From contig OY969564.1 in the NCBI GenBank assembly GCA_963701095.1, positions 1,184,001-1,248,000 of the forward strand: a stretch of 64,000 bases of DNA, in the 5' to 3' direction. The notes under the pieces are model-generated. The model saw only the letters and a list, made by a program, of their open reading frames with translations. It was not told where the DNA came from and made no database searches. This stretch comes from an uncultured Methanoregulaceae archaeon. GTDB lineage: Archaea > Halobacteriota > Methanomicrobia > Methanomicrobiales > Methanospirillaceae. Made by a program: the position numbers and the translations under genes. Shown here piece by piece: positions 32,394-43,324 of this stretch; position 1 is the stretch's first letter; every line of letters starts with the position of its first letter.

Positions 32394-32683
32394 AAACTCT
32401 TGAGATTATGATTACAGGAAGAGTGCAGAAGGTGGGATTCCGCGCCTGTGTAAGAAAATTTGCCTTGGATCTTAAAGTGACAGGTACTGTTATGAATCTT
32501 GATGACGGAAAAGTCCAGATCTTTGCGACAGCAGAACCTATAATTCTTGAAAAATTTATTTCGATGATTTATAGTTGTCCCCGGGCTGTAATAAGAGATA
32601 TCCAGACTACAGAAATGTTAACCCGGACATATTCTGAATTCTCTATCATCAAGAATAATGGAAGAATTAGTACATTATTGTAA
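32390..32683 (+). CDS. acyP: Acylphosphatase
   Basis: ITGRVQKVGFR, GTVMNLDDGKV. Confidence 0.9.
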   Translation: MKTLEIMITGRVQKVGFRACVRKFALDLKVTGTVMNLDDGKVQIFATAEPIILEKFISMIYSCPRAVIRDIQTTEMLTRTYSEFSIIKNNGRISTLL

Positions 32684-33611
32684 ATTTTTCTTCTTTCTGA
32701 ATCGCTTTCAGATAATTATTAACCTGATGATCAAGTTTTTGATTGTCAATGGATTCTTTAAAATCTGAGATCAGCTTCTTGATTAAAGCGTCTGAAAGCA
32801 TGCATCGCGTCGAAGTTTGTTCATAATCCCCGGGTTTCAGAACATTCCGGGCTATATTACATACAATACGGTCGATCATCCCTGCCTTAAAAGGTCCGAT
32901 AAAATCCCGGATAAGTGAACCAGGACCTTCATGCAAAAGCCCGAGATCAGGATCAAGACGGGCACCTATGACAGAAACACAGCAATTTCCAAAAAGCATT
33001 GCATAACCGAAAGAAAAGATTGCATTTATCGGATCACATTGGGGCCTCACGGTTCGTCTCCTGAAATCAAAACATTTCGGTATATCTCTTGAAAGTATTT
33101 CATAATACATATTCATCGTCAGATCGGACAACCGACGGATCTCTTCCATTTTCACCAGATACTCGAGATTGTTGAGAGCATTATGCAGAATCTGCAGTTC
33201 CCCTTCGTATAAGATATAGGATCCACGCTCTTCCTGAAGTCTTTCAATTGCAATAAGCCGGGATTTTAGGGAAGCTTGTGCAATTGCAGTTGAGTAACGG
33301 TGTCGAGGTGAATCTTCCTGAAGACGGCGAATTTCTTTATCAGAGGAATTGCCAAAAGGCTGCAGTATTCCCACCGGTGTCCCGTCAGGTTCAAAAAATG
33401 ACACATAAGAACCATTTTTCAAAAGGTGCGAAATTGTAGTGGAGTTTATGTTATGGCCACCCACAATAAGCAGGTTTTTTATTTCATCAAAAGGGTATTC
33501 TTCAATGGTTCCTTTATTAAGGATAATTAATTTCTTCTGTGTTGACTTGATATGAGCGCCAAAACCATACACTGCCAACCAGGGAATCGCTCGTGTCATA
33601 GAAGTCTGCAT
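32667..33611 (-). CDS. cas1: Stand-alone Cas1 homolog (Cas1-solo), likely catalytically degenerate
   Basis: Cas1 motifs FDFRRRTVRPQCDPINAIFSFGYAML, LDPDLGLLH, SLIRDF; no cas2 or array nearby. Confidence 0.88.
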   Translation of the reverse strand: MQTSMTRAIPWLAVYGFGAHIKSTQKKLIILNKGTIEEYPFDEIKNLLIVGGHNINSTTISHLLKNGSYVSFFEPDGTPVGILQPFGNSSDKEIRRLQEDSPRHRYSTAIAQASLKSRLIAIERLQEERGSYILYEGELQILHNALNNLEYLVKMEEIRRLSDLTMNMYYEILSRDIPKCFDFRRRTVRPQCDPINAIFSFGYAMLFGNCCVSVIGARLDPDLGLLHEGPGSLIRDFIGPFKAGMIDRIVCNIARNVLKPGDYEQTSTRCMLSDALIKKLISDFKESIDNQKLDHQVNNYLKAIQKEEKFTIMY

Positions 33612-33765
33612 GAAAAGCTTGATTTATTCTACAGATTAAAGCATCGTTTTTGTCGTTGATTTCTCAATAGTGTGCCAGGTATTCCTTTTCAGGAAATGAA
33701 TTATGGCATTGAATAACGAAACATAAAGGATATAAGATTCTATAGGTCATGCAATAGCATAACAG

Positions 33766-35063
33766 GTGAAGGGATTGTTCTGGGATAAGAAGGTAGAAAC
33801 ACTTAAACCTGCCGACCTTAAGGTCCTTCAGTTGAAACGGTTAAAAAAAACCCTCCAAGCAACACAACATGTTGAATTTTATCAAAAACAGTTCAAAGCT
33901 GCCGGAATATCCGCAGCTAGTATAAAAACTCTTGATGATGTCCAAAAATTACCCTTCACAAAAAAACAGGATCTCCGCGACGGATATCCTTTTGGATTTT
34001 TTGCGGTTCCAATGCAAAAGATTGTGCGTATTCATACAACATCCGGGACTACCGGAAAACCCACCGTAGTTGGGTATACCCGACGGGATCTTGATACTTG
34101 GGCGAATCTTATCGCCCGCAACATGACTATGATTGGCATCGGAAAGGACGATGTCTTTCAGAATATGGTCAATTATGGAATGTTCACCGGAGGATTAGGA
34201 TTCCATTACGGGGCAGAGCTGATAGGAATGACCGTGATCCCGAGTGCGACAGGAAATACCCGGCGGCAGATAGAAATGATCCGGGATTTTGGTGTTACCG
34301 CCATTCACTGCACGCCTAGTTATGCCATGCATCTTTCTGAGGTCGCTGAAGAAATGGGGGAAACGCTCGAAAGCCTGAAAAAGGGTATATTCGGGGCTGA
34401 GCCATGGTCTGATACCATGAGAAATACGCTCGAAAATCGCCTTGGTCTTACAGCGTACGATTCGTATGGGATGAGTGAGCTCTTTGGGCCGGGGTAGCAT
34501 TTGAATGTCTTGAACGTGATGGCCTGCACATCTGGCATGATAGTTATCTTGTTGAAATCATCGATCCAAAAACGGGTGAATGCCTTGCCGATGGTGAAAG
34601 GGGAGAAATGGTGATAACGCCCTTAGTGAAAGAGGCCATGCCGCTCGTACGTTACCGCACGGGTGATGTCACTATGCTTATGAAAGATGGATGCCTCTGC
34701 AAGAGAGGAAACAAAATCGCACGGATCAGTGGAAGAAGCGACGATATGCTGATTATCAGAGGTATCAACGTTTTCCCATCCCAGATAGAACATGTTCTGC
34801 TACGGATTCCAGAAGTTGGCAATCAGTTTATGGTGTATGTGGACAGGATCAATCATCTGGATGAGATGACCGTGGAAGTCGAGATCAACAGAAGCCATTT
34901 CAGCGGAGAATTGGCAGATCTGGCCAGGATTCAGAAAAAAGTGGTTAAAGAATTGCACGATACACTTGAACTGCGTACAACGGTAAAATTGATGGAACCC
35001 GGTTCCCTGCCAAGATTTGAAGGGAAAGCAAAACGCGTAATCGACAGAAGAGGTGACATCTGA
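33766..35063 (+). CDS. paaK: Phenylacetate-CoA ligase family protein (frameshift near 34494)
   Basis: TTSGTTGKP, YGMSE, RYRTGD, GRSDDMLIIRGINVFPSQIE. Confidence 0.9.
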
Positions 35064-36365
35064 TGCAGTACTGGGATCCAAGAATAGAAGAGATGCCGGA
35101 AGAGGAACTTCAGAAGGTCCAATACAAATTATTAAAAAGTCTTGTATGCCGACTTTATAGTTTTTCCCCCTTTTATCATGATCGAATGAAAGAGCTGAAA
35201 TGTCCATCCGGACAATATCAAGGCCTTATCAGATATCAAAAAACTTCCCTTTATGTTCAAACGGGATCTTCGGGATAGTTATCCTAACAGGATTTTTACT
35301 GCTGCCCAAGATGAGCTTGTACGATACCACGTTTCTTCCGGAACAACAGGAAAACCCACTGTTGTCGGTTATACCCAGAAAGATCTCGACATCTGGACTT
35401 CTTCTCTTGCCAGGGGACTTACAGCCATAGGACTCGGGAGGGGTGACGTCATTCAAGTCAGTTACGGGTATGGTCTATTTACCGGAGGACTCGGTATGCA
35501 TTACGGGGCAGAACGAATCGGTGCAACTGTACTTCCTACGAGCGTCGGAAACACCGAGCGCCAGATCGAATTAATGCAGGATCTCGGTGTGACGGCAATA
35601 GCCTGCACACCTTCCTATCTCCTTCATATGGGTGAGGTCGCAGAAAAAATGGGGGTCCATATTAAAAAAGATACATGCCTTAAAGCAGGAATCCTTGGTG
35701 CTGAGCCTTGGACTGAAGGAATGCGCACGAGGATTGAAAACTGGCTCGGCATCAAAGCTTTCGATATTTATGGAACAAGTGAGCTTTCGGGACCAATGTT
35801 TACCGAATGCGCCGAACAGAACGGTTTTCATGTCTGGTCGGATATCGCCTATGTGGAAGTAATCGATCCAAAGAGCGGTGAGCAACTCGAACCAGGAGAA
35901 AAAGGCGAATTAACGATCACGATGCTCCAGAAGGAAGCACTTCCCATGATCCGTTACCGTATTGGGGATATTTCATCCGTTGAGGTGGATACATGCCCGT
36001 GCGGCAGGACAAGCCCGCGAATCAAGCGGATTCAGGGAAGGGTAGATGATATGCTGATTATCCGAGGCATCAATGTATTCCCGTCGCAGGTAGAATACAC
36101 ACTGATGTCAATTCCTGAAGTCGGTCAGCATTTCCAGATTGTTGTGGAGCGTTCAGGCGCACTCGATGACATGCTTGTGAGAGTCGAATTGACTAAAGCG
36201 TCTTTCAGCGACAAGATTACAGATCTTATGCAGATTCGACAGAACGTAGAACACCGGCTCAGAAATGCACTGAATGTTGCAGTCAATGTTGAGTGAGTTG
36301 AGCCGGGATCATTACCGCGGTTTGAAGGTAAATCAAAAAAAGTGATCGATAAGAGGGTGTTATGA
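35063..36365 (+). CDS. paaK: Second phenylacetate-CoA ligase family protein (indel near 35199; internal TGA at 36294)
   Basis: SSGTTGKP, YGTSE, RYRIGD; VEPGSLPRFEGKSKKVIDKR continues in frame past the TGA. Confidence 0.88.
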
Positions 36366-36366
36366 A

Positions 36367-36801
36367 ATGGATGCGAAAAAGTATGTGATCAAACAGATCT
36401 CGATATTTTCGGAAAATCGCCCGGGCAGACTGGCGTCGGTCGCTCAAGCTCTTGGGGAGGAGAACATCAATATTCTTGCATTTAGTATTGCAGAAGCAAA
36501 TGGTTTTGGCGTTATCCGGGCGCTTGTGGATAAGCCTGAAAAGGCTTATGAAAAACTGTCATCGCTTGGATTTAACGTCGCATTCACCGATGTAATCGCG
36601 GTCCAGATGAAGGATCAACCTGGAGGTCTTTTTGAGATTGCAAAAGTTCTTGGTGATTCCGGGATAAATATCGAGTATTCCTATGCTTATTCAGGTAAAA
36701 AAGCGGCGGTATTGATCCTTCGTGTTGATCTTGTAGATGACGCAATCGAAAAAATTCTCTCCTCCGGTGCGACGCTCCTGGAATATTCTGTCTTTCACTA
36801 G
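36367..36801 (+). CDS. Double ACT domain protein
   Basis: QISIFSENRPGRL, DQPGGL, NIEYSY. Confidence 0.9.
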   Translation: MDAKKYVIKQISIFSENRPGRLASVAQALGEENINILAFSIAEANGFGVIRALVDKPEKAYEKLSSLGFNVAFTDVIAVQMKDQPGGLFEIAKVLGDSGINIEYSYAYSGKKAAVLILRVDLVDDAIEKILSSGATLLEYSVFH

Positions 36802-36808
36802 TCCATTC

Positions 36809-38095
36809 TCATTTCTTTTCCCATTTTACTAGTTCCGACACTACAGAAAGGGTACTCCCACGGCGGATCTCTTCACGAATCCTTGATTCCGTTTTTTTTA
36901 CTTCAAGAGCTCTGCGAGCAATTTCGTAGGCCCGTTCCGCGGGAATTACAACAACGCCGCTTTCGTCACCGGCTATCCAGTCACCCGGGCGAATGTTCTG
37001 GCTACAACACTGTATCTCTGCATTAATTTCACCGAATCCCTTGGGCTCACCGGCGTTGGGTACTATGGCTCTGGCGAACACGGGAAACTTCATGTCTCTG
37101 ATGTCATCGATATCACGGACTGCTCCATCTATTACGACACCTGCTATGCCTTTTTGGATACAGCTTAACGTAGCAAGTTCGCCCCACGGAGCGACGTGGA
37201 CCCCACCATCGTTATTGATCACGATAACACTACCCGGATCGGCAATATCAATTGCTTCAACAGGTTTTGCCCAATCTCCCGCCGCCGTTCGTACTGTTAC
37301 AGCCTTTCCTGCCACTTTTACCTTTCCACAGAGAGAGATCAGTCCCGGTAGTGCACCTTTCCTGTGCATCGCGTCACTGATGTTTGGGGTCGAGACCTGA
37401 ATGAGCAGAGAATGAATTTCTTCTTCAGGATTCTTTTTTTCTAAAACCCCGGCAGATGGACTATCAATAGATTGACGGATCAAACGAGTCGAACTCGTGA
37501 CATCAGCGGAACGGGCAATCCACCCACCGATAATAACGATATCTGCACCCTGTTTCACCGCCTCACCAGCAGTAGCGGCGTCAAGCCCGCCTGCGACAGC
37601 AATCGGGAGATGGATTTCTCCCCGAAGTGCAATGAGAAGGTCCAGCGAAGTCTTTCCAATCATCTGCTGATCGATACCAACATGGGCGGCGATAATATCC
37701 ACACCAAGGGATTCAAGTTCACGTGCTCGTGCCACAGGATCCCGGACATTGATTAGATCTGCCATCAGTCGGGTTCCGTATAACCGGCTTGCCCGGATCG
37801 CTTCCGATATGACTGCATCATCAGCATCGGCAAGAATGCAGACTATACTTGCCCCGGCTTTTGCGGCCATTTCGACTTCCATAGTGCCTGTATCAGCAAT
37901 CTTCATATCCGCCACAATCACTGCATCTGGGAATTGCTGACGCAATAAGCGGATAGCCTGCATGCCTTCGCTCTTAATAAGTGGTGTACCGGCTTCAATC
38001 CAGTCCGCCCCACCAGCGAGCGCTTCTTTTGCTATGTGCACAGCCCGATTAAGTTCGAGAAGGTCCAGTGCAACCTGCAGGACTACCTTTTTCAT
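36809..38095 (-). CDS. hxlA: 3-hexulose-6-phosphate synthase fused to an RraA/MenG-like domain
   Basis: [23 protein letters not shown]-terminal [26 protein letters not shown]. Confidence 0.88.
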   Translation of the reverse strand: MKKVVLQVALDLLELNRAVHIAKEALAGGADWIEAGTPLIKSEGMQAIRLLRQQFPDAVIVADMKIADTGTMEVEMAAKAGASIVCILADADDAVISEAIRASRLYGTRLMADLINVRDPVARARELESLGVDIIAAHVGIDQQMIGKTSLDLLIALRGEIHLPIAVAGGLDAATAGEAVKQGADIVIIGGWIARSADVTSSTRLIRQSIDSPSAGVLEKKNPEEEIHSLLIQVSTPNISDAMHRKGALPGLISLCGKVKVAGKAVTVRTAAGDWAKPVEAIDIADPGSVIVINNDGGVHVAPWGELATLSCIQKGIAGVVIDGAVRDIDDIRDMKFPVFARAIVPNAGEPKGFGEINAEIQCCSQNIRPGDWIAGDESGVVVIPAERAYEIARRALEVKKTESRIREEIRRGSTLSVVSELVKWEKK

Positions 38096-38191
38096 GAGCT
38101 ATGATGGGTTGTATGGGATTTTTAAGTATTGTGAGATGGATCCTCGAATTCTACTATGAAAAAAAGAAGAATGCATATTTTTGGAAGATTA

Positions 38192-38695
38192 TCATTTCTT
38201 AAAGACATCAGAAAAAACTAAATTTTTTATTTCCTTTTTAGGGGCCGGGTTAATTTCCGAGGGTAATCCTGCAGGCACCAGTGCCACCAGGGTAAACTTT
38301 TCCGGAACATTCAACAATTTTCGCAGATCTTCGGCATATTCCTTTTTATCGCCGGCAACCCAACACGATCCTACGCCATAAGCCTGCAAGCCAAGGATAA
38401 GATTTTCTGTCGCGGCACAGCAATCTTCCAGGTAGTATTTTGCATTCCGTTCACCGAAAATCGCAAAGCACAGAGGTGCATCGGCAATAAATTTTCCATG
38501 GTCTGTAAAAGCTGCTATTTTTTCAAGCAATTCTTTTGAGCGAATGGTACCGATCAGCCATGGTTGCTGATTCATGGCCGTAGGGGCATGAAATGCACAT
38601 TCGATGGCATCGTGAATGAAGGATTCATCAATTGAATCGGGCTTGAATTTCCGAACACTATGCCGACCCTTGATGACTGCTGTTATAACATTCAT
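38192..38695 (-). CDS. Nitroreductase family protein
   Basis: RHSVRKF, APTAMNQQPW, GVGSCWV. Confidence 0.92.
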   Translation of the reverse strand: MNVITAVIKGRHSVRKFKPDSIDESFIHDAIECAFHAPTAMNQQPWLIGTIRSKELLEKIAAFTDHGKFIADAPLCFAIFGERNAKYYLEDCCAATENLILGLQAYGVGSCWVAGDKKEYAEDLRKLLNVPEKFTLVALVPAGLPSEINPAPKKEIKNLVFSDVFKK

Positions 38696-38741
38696 ACAAC
38701 GGATATGGAGAGGTGGCGGATAAAAATGTTATGGATATGGA

Positions 38742-39785
38742 TTAAGGCTGTTTTTTCAGGATAATTACTACCATTGAAAATACCGAAATCACGGCGAGGA
38801 TTAAACCAAAACCGGAAGCTTTTGTCGGCGCTGTTTCCACCGGTATAGATTGGGCAACGGTTGTAGGTTCAGATTGTGAGGTTGTTGTTACGGTGAGCGA
38901 AGGAGTAGTATACTGTATTGATGGCGTTGTTGCGGGGGTTGAAGTGATTACTGTCGTCGGTGTGAATGTTGTTGGTTGCACCGCTTGACTGTTCGTCGTT
39001 GACACTGTTGAAGGTACGTTAACTGAGATCAATGGATTCTGCTCCTGATCAAGAACCGTAGTCTGCTGACTTATCGTTTTACCGGGAATTCCATAATTAT
39101 CATACATACCGTTTATGTCGCATTTTGCCCAGATGAGATACGTTCCTGTTGTATACTGTGAATTTCCTGTATCCCAGCTCCATGGTAGCTGGTAAGAAGG
39201 ACTTGAAAGTACAAGATTTTCAAGGGAGTGTAACCCTCCTGAACTATCGAAAAGCGAAGAATATTGACCACCACTGGGTGCTTGTATATAAAGGGTAATA
39301 CCTTCTGTTGACGAACTCCCTCGTGAAAATATCTGGTTCAAGTTAGAATCTATTTCGAAGGTTGCCTGATCCCCGCGCGGGATCCATTTGTTTGTAACAT
39401 CCAGATTTATCGACGAATCTATTACCCTGATCGAAAGCGAAGGATCGTCAACGGTAAAAGCTATACCATCCTCTTTTCCCTGTGAATTAATCCGGTACCA
39501 GGTTCCTGTGTACTGCTCGAATGGCGAAGGGGATACATAAAAATTCGACGACGAAGAGACAGGGTACGTATAATCCGGGGAACTTGTCGCGATAGCTGCA
39601 CCGGATGCCCACCAACCTATAGAAGTATCAGTTCCCACTGCGGCTGCAACATTAAGACCCTGTTCACCAATGTAAACCGTACCACCCTGCTGGACAGTTG
39701 TGTACGCACCCGCCATTACCGGGACAGCAAGAAGAGACATGCATATAAAAACCATCCCGAGCCGCATCCTTGTGTCGGATAACAT
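38742..39785 (-). CDS. DUF3821-like cell-surface protein with Thr-rich linker and a PGF-CTERM-like tail
   Basis: Signal peptide, GGTVYIGEQGL, Thr-rich linker, ASGFG followed by a TM helix and KK. Confidence 0.8.
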   Translation of the reverse strand: MLSDTRMRLGMVFICMSLLAVPVMAGAYTTVQQGGTVYIGEQGLNVAAAVGTDTSIGWWASGAAIATSSPDYTYPVSSSSNFYVSPSPFEQYTGTWYRINSQGKEDGIAFTVDDPSLSIRVIDSSINLDVTNKWIPRGDQATFEIDSNLNQIFSRGSSSTEGITLYIQAPSGGQYSSLFDSSGGLHSLENLVLSSPSYQLPWSWDTGNSQYTTGTYLIWAKCDINGMYDNYGIPGKTISQQTTVLDQEQNPLISVNVPSTVSTTNSQAVQPTTFTPTTVITSTPATTPSIQYTTPSLTVTTTSQSEPTTVAQSIPVETAPTKASGFGLILAVISVFSMVVIILKKQP

Positions 39786-39903
39786 ATCTTGAATTCTGTT
39801 TTGCTCTTAAAATAAGTGACGATCCACCCTGTTCAGTTACTACATTTTCTTTAATATGAGATGCTCTGGGGCCAGAAATCTCGTAAAATGCAAAAAGACA
39901 GTA

Positions 39904-40458
39904 TTAGTCCGAACAGATCGAATCAAAATTCTGATAAACCCTTTTTCCATCAACGGTGTGACTTACTTCCGGATGCCATTGAAGCCCGTAAATCTTTTTC
40001 TTCGGATACGCTATAGCCTCAACATCACAAATACCGGAACTGGCAAGAAGGGTAAATTTTTCCGGTACCCTGCAGACTTCATCTGCGTGTGAGGCCCAGA
40101 CCGGAATTTTTTCCGGGTATCCCAAAAGGATATCATCATGATCACAAATAGAGATTTCAACCGATCCATATCCGCCAGATTTTCCCTCGTGAACCTCTCC
40201 GCCAAATTTTTTTGCAACAATATGAAGTCCCAGGCAGATCCCTAGGACAGGAAGTCCAAGATCCAAATACTCAGCGCACCTCCCGGCACGCTCGATTGCC
40301 GGGCCTCCTCCTAGAATAATTCCGCGGAATTTTGAACCTACCTCCTCTTTGGGGGTAGTATTGGGAATTAACGCAACCTCAATATCGAGATCTCTCAAGG
40401 CGCGATGTATCAAATGATTGAACTGCCCGTAGTTGTTGACCACGCAGATGGGAAGCAT
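39904..40458 (-). CDS. guaAA: GMP synthase glutaminase subunit A
   Basis: GQFNHLI, GICLG, SHADEV, QWHPEV. Confidence 0.95.
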   Translation of the reverse strand: MLPICVVNNYGQFNHLIHRALRDLDIEVALIPNTTPKEEVGSKFRGIILGGGPAIERAGRCAEYLDLGLPVLGICLGLHIVAKKFGGEVHEGKSGGYGSVEISICDHDDILLGYPEKIPVWASHADEVCRVPEKFTLLASSGICDVEAIAYPKKKIYGLQWHPEVSHTVDGKRVYQNFDSICSD

Positions 40459-40498
40459 TGTTACCAGATCCTTATGACAAATTGGTTATTAAGACTGT

Positions 40499-41509
40499 TC
40501 AGCTGTAAACCTGAACAATCTCAAAAATTTTCCTTTGAATCTGTTCAGGCGTAAAACCCATAACAGAGGCCATAAGCATTGCTCCTCCGGCACCAGTTCC
40601 TTCCTTAACCTCGCCTTTACAGTAACGGGCAAGCCCGTCATGACCAAGGTTATCAAAGCCCGGATCGACATAATACATCGGAACCCCTATCATCGCTGCA
40701 AGTTCCTGTACATTTGCTGTTCGGTCATCTCGGACAAATACCGTGGTTACTACTGCAGGGACAGGCCCATTCATCGCTTTAATAAGACCGCATACAGCCA
40801 GCATCTGGGTTCCTCCTGCTAGAACCACAGTTCCCGAGAACATATGTGCAATGCCTGCTGCAACAGGGATCATTGGATCTCCGGCATACCTTATTATCTC
40901 AAGAGGGTCCTGCATCGCATCCGGAGGGATGCCATGTAACACCTGCATGCAGATCGCCTCTTTCTGATCTACTGGATTTTTGACAAAACTGCTGCTGACC
41001 GTAGCAGGATATCCAAGAGCACGGAGTACGCAGAGAGCACTTGTTGTTCCTCCGGGAACACATTCTCCAAGGATTAGCAAATCTCCAGATCCTGACAGGA
41101 TTTTTCCGATTTCCTGGCCACGGGTAAAAAGTTTTTTTGCCAAGGGAACCGCCGCACTAAACCGCGGATCACTCCCAACCTGCCCAAAAGCATCCAGAGA
41201 AGAAACCGTCAGAGGATATTTCAGCCCGGCATTAATAAACAGAGGAGAAACACCGGTGAGCTCGATCATGGCACGTGTGATGGAAGCTGGCGTGGGGCAT
41301 CCGGTTGGTGTGTTTGGCATGACGGACTGGCTGGTTATCCGACCGGTTGTAACCAGTTCGGCATCAAGATTTGGTGTAAGGAGCGTTTGTTCAGGTGTCG
41401 GGCCTGCGCCAGAGATGCCGGGTATTGTAGAAATATATGTATTTCCGAGTATTACACAAAAAACAGGATTGTTTCCATGGATTTGGGGTGTACCGGTAAG
41501 GAATGCCAT
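40499..41509 (-). CDS. cobT: Archaeal nicotinate-mononucleotide-dependent phosphoribosyltransferase
   Basis: IPGISGAG, PTPASIT, GECVPGGTT, LAGGTQM, VKEGTGAGG. Confidence 0.88.
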   Translation of the reverse strand: MAFLTGTPQIHGNNPVFCVILGNTYISTIPGISGAGPTPEQTLLTPNLDAELVTTGRITSQSVMPNTPTGCPTPASITRAMIELTGVSPLFINAGLKYPLTVSSLDAFGQVGSDPRFSAAVPLAKKLFTRGQEIGKILSGSGDLLILGECVPGGTTSALCVLRALGYPATVSSSFVKNPVDQKEAICMQVLHGIPPDAMQDPLEIIRYAGDPMIPVAAGIAHMFSGTVVLAGGTQMLAVCGLIKAMNGPVPAVVTTVFVRDDRTANVQELAAMIGVPMYYVDPGFDNLGHDGLARYCKGEVKEGTGAGGAMLMASVMGFTPEQIQRKIFEIVQVYS

Positions 41510-41609
41510 ATAACTCAGGTTATATTCATCTTTTTTCCATTCTGTTTGAAGATATCGACATCTCGTGTCATAACCATATAATAGGAGAGTATCCCATTAA
41601 ATTTCTAAA

Positions 41610-42044
41610 ATGTTTGAGATCGAAGATCGGCTGGAGAAAAAGGGGATAACCATTGATGCCATGGTCGATGCTGCCATGGGCCTATATGTGTCCCACGGGA
41701 TCCCTGAAGAGCAAGCTTCTAAAAATATCAAAGAAAAAATGCTGAAATACCTTAAGGACCCGAATGTATCTTCGCTATTGCTTGGAGCGGTGCTGCTTGA
41801 GGAAGAGCTTTTCGAAAAGCGTAAAAATTCAGAGATTGCTGACGACCCTGTATTTTTATTAAGCGATGAGATCATTGGGATGGCTATCGCCGAATGCATC
41901 GGTGGAACGTATGCGAGATTCGAATTTACCCGGTATGATCAGAAAAAACCGGGTATCCTCGCCACTCTTGGCCCTTTTCTGGATGACGCTGTGGCCGGTC
42001 TTATAGCGGGGTGTACGTCTCGTTTGTACAGTGAATGCGTATGA
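41610..42044 (+). CDS. cobZ: Alpha-ribazole phosphatase (PgpA-like)
   Basis: DPNV, DDPVFLLSDEIIG, RYDQKKPGIL..LGPFLDD; lies next to cobS. Confidence 0.85.
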   Translation: MFEIEDRLEKKGITIDAMVDAAMGLYVSHGIPEEQASKNIKEKMLKYLKDPNVSSLLLGAVLLEEELFEKRKNSEIADDPVFLLSDEIIGMAIAECIGGTYARFEFTRYDQKKPGILATLGPFLDDAVAGLIAGCTSRLYSECV

Positions 42045-42751
42045 AACCAATCCTTTCACTTTTGCAATTCACTACCATAATACCTTTGGGAAAGCAGCAG
42101 GATTTTGATCATTTTGCCCGGCATTCCTGGCTTTTCCCGTTATCTGGATATGTTATCGCATTTCTGATCGCTATCCCGGTATTTTTCATTACGGACAGGA
42201 CACTTGCAGCAGCTGTAGCGGTAGCGGGAGTAATCTTCCTTTCGGGAGCGCATCATTTCGATGGACTGCTGGATTTTGGCGATGGTTTGATGGCACAGGG
42301 AGATAAAGAAAAAAGGACACGCGCCCTCACAGACAGGTACGTGGGGGCTGGGGGAGTGGCAGCTGGACTCATCGTCACTCTCCTGCTTTTTGCTGGGCTC
42401 ATTAATGCTCCATCCGTTATCCCTTCGCTGATTATTGGAGAAGTTTGTGCAAAATTTTCCATGGCCTTCCTCACAGCATATGGGACACCTTTCAAAAACG
42501 GTATGCACAGTTACCTCCACCAGTTTGCGAAACCATATTTCCCCTTCCTTTCGCTCCTGCTTTGCATCCCTCTCGTTTTCCTTCCGGTATCACGTTACCA
42601 GCTGGCAATCTCGGCGATAATCATGATATTGTGTCCTCTCGTGCTCAATGTAACTTCTGAAAAACTTTTTGGGGGGATCAATGGTGATGTTGTGGGAGCT
42701 GCAAATGAAATAACCCGTGCACTTGTTATTGTTGCATTGGCGCTGGCATAA
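42041..42751 (+). CDS. cobS: Adenosylcobinamide-GDP ribazoletransferase
   Basis: FTTIIP, HHFDGLLDFGDG, GGINGDVVGA. Confidence 0.92.
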   Translation: MKPILSLLQFTTIIPLGKQQDFDHFARHSWLFPLSGYVIAFLIAIPVFFITDRTLAAAVAVAGVIFLSGAHHFDGLLDFGDGLMAQGDKEKRTRALTDRYVGAGGVAAGLIVTLLLFAGLINAPSVIPSLIIGEVCAKFSMAFLTAYGTPFKNGMHSYLHQFAKPYFPFLSLLLCIPLVFLPVSRYQLAISAIIMILCPLVLNVTSEKLFGGINGDVVGAANEITRALVIVALALA

Positions 42752-42869
42752 ATTCCACACATTTTATTCCAAATGCTGGGAGAGGAATCCTATCCAACCG
42801 TTCTTCCAATTGAACCAATTTCAGATGATTCAAAAAACTATTTTCCTCCCGCCTTCATCCGAAGATATC

Positions 42870-43166
42870 TTAATACAATTTTCGAAACCCTTCATTTTTA
42901 TCGTCATCACATTCTATTGCAGATCCATCCCGAACCAACGCATTGAACATCAATGCAGCATTCATAAGTGTTTCATCGGCAACGCCCAGATGACGTACAT
43001 CTTCGAGAGCTTTTATCTGAGGGGACGGAGCCAAGCGTGTTCCTACTCTGACTCCCTGACAGTGCCTGCAATATGCGCAGTTGCTGTAAACAGATACGGC
43101 ACCGGTTGCGCATTCTACAGTGACCCGGTTTTTTGAGACGTCTCGTTGGAAAGATAGTGTTTTCAT
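42870..43166 (-). CDS. Small Cys-rich hypothetical protein
   Basis: VEC...NCAYCRHC...IECDD. Confidence 0.7.
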   Translation of the reverse strand: MKTLSFQRDVSKNRVTVECATGAVSVYSNCAYCRHCQGVRVGTRLAPSPQIKALEDVRHLGVADETLMNAALMFNALVRDGSAIECDDDKNEGFRKLY

Positions 43167-43324
43167 GAAAGAGAATAATCAAACGAAGATATGAGAATAT
43201 CGAAATGAATTCTCACCTGAAAAATGTGATGGGAATCAAAATACTTTAAATAGATGCGTCTCATATATGTAATACTCGCATAGATAGACGGTATGCGGAT
43301 AAGCCCATTTTGGGAGGAAACATT

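Noticed and set aside
21653..33611. Integrated element or casposon at tRNA-Gln
   Set aside because: The recombinase lies on the tRNA 5' side, I found no duplicated tRNA 3' end or TIRs by eye, there is no polB, and core genes lie inside
36294..36296. In-frame TGA in paaK2 as selenocysteine or readthrough
   Set aside because: The paralog has Leu at this position; GAGCTG misread as GAGTGA fits the AGCT error pattern
33766..38095. Tandem paaK-paaK-ACT and the Hps-RraA fusion as novel systems
   Set aside because: Both arrangements are familiar in methanogens and other anaerobes
41516..41578. 20-codon ORF upstream of cobT as a leader peptide
   Set aside because: No informative codon bias; it lies in a divergent promoter region and is probably chance
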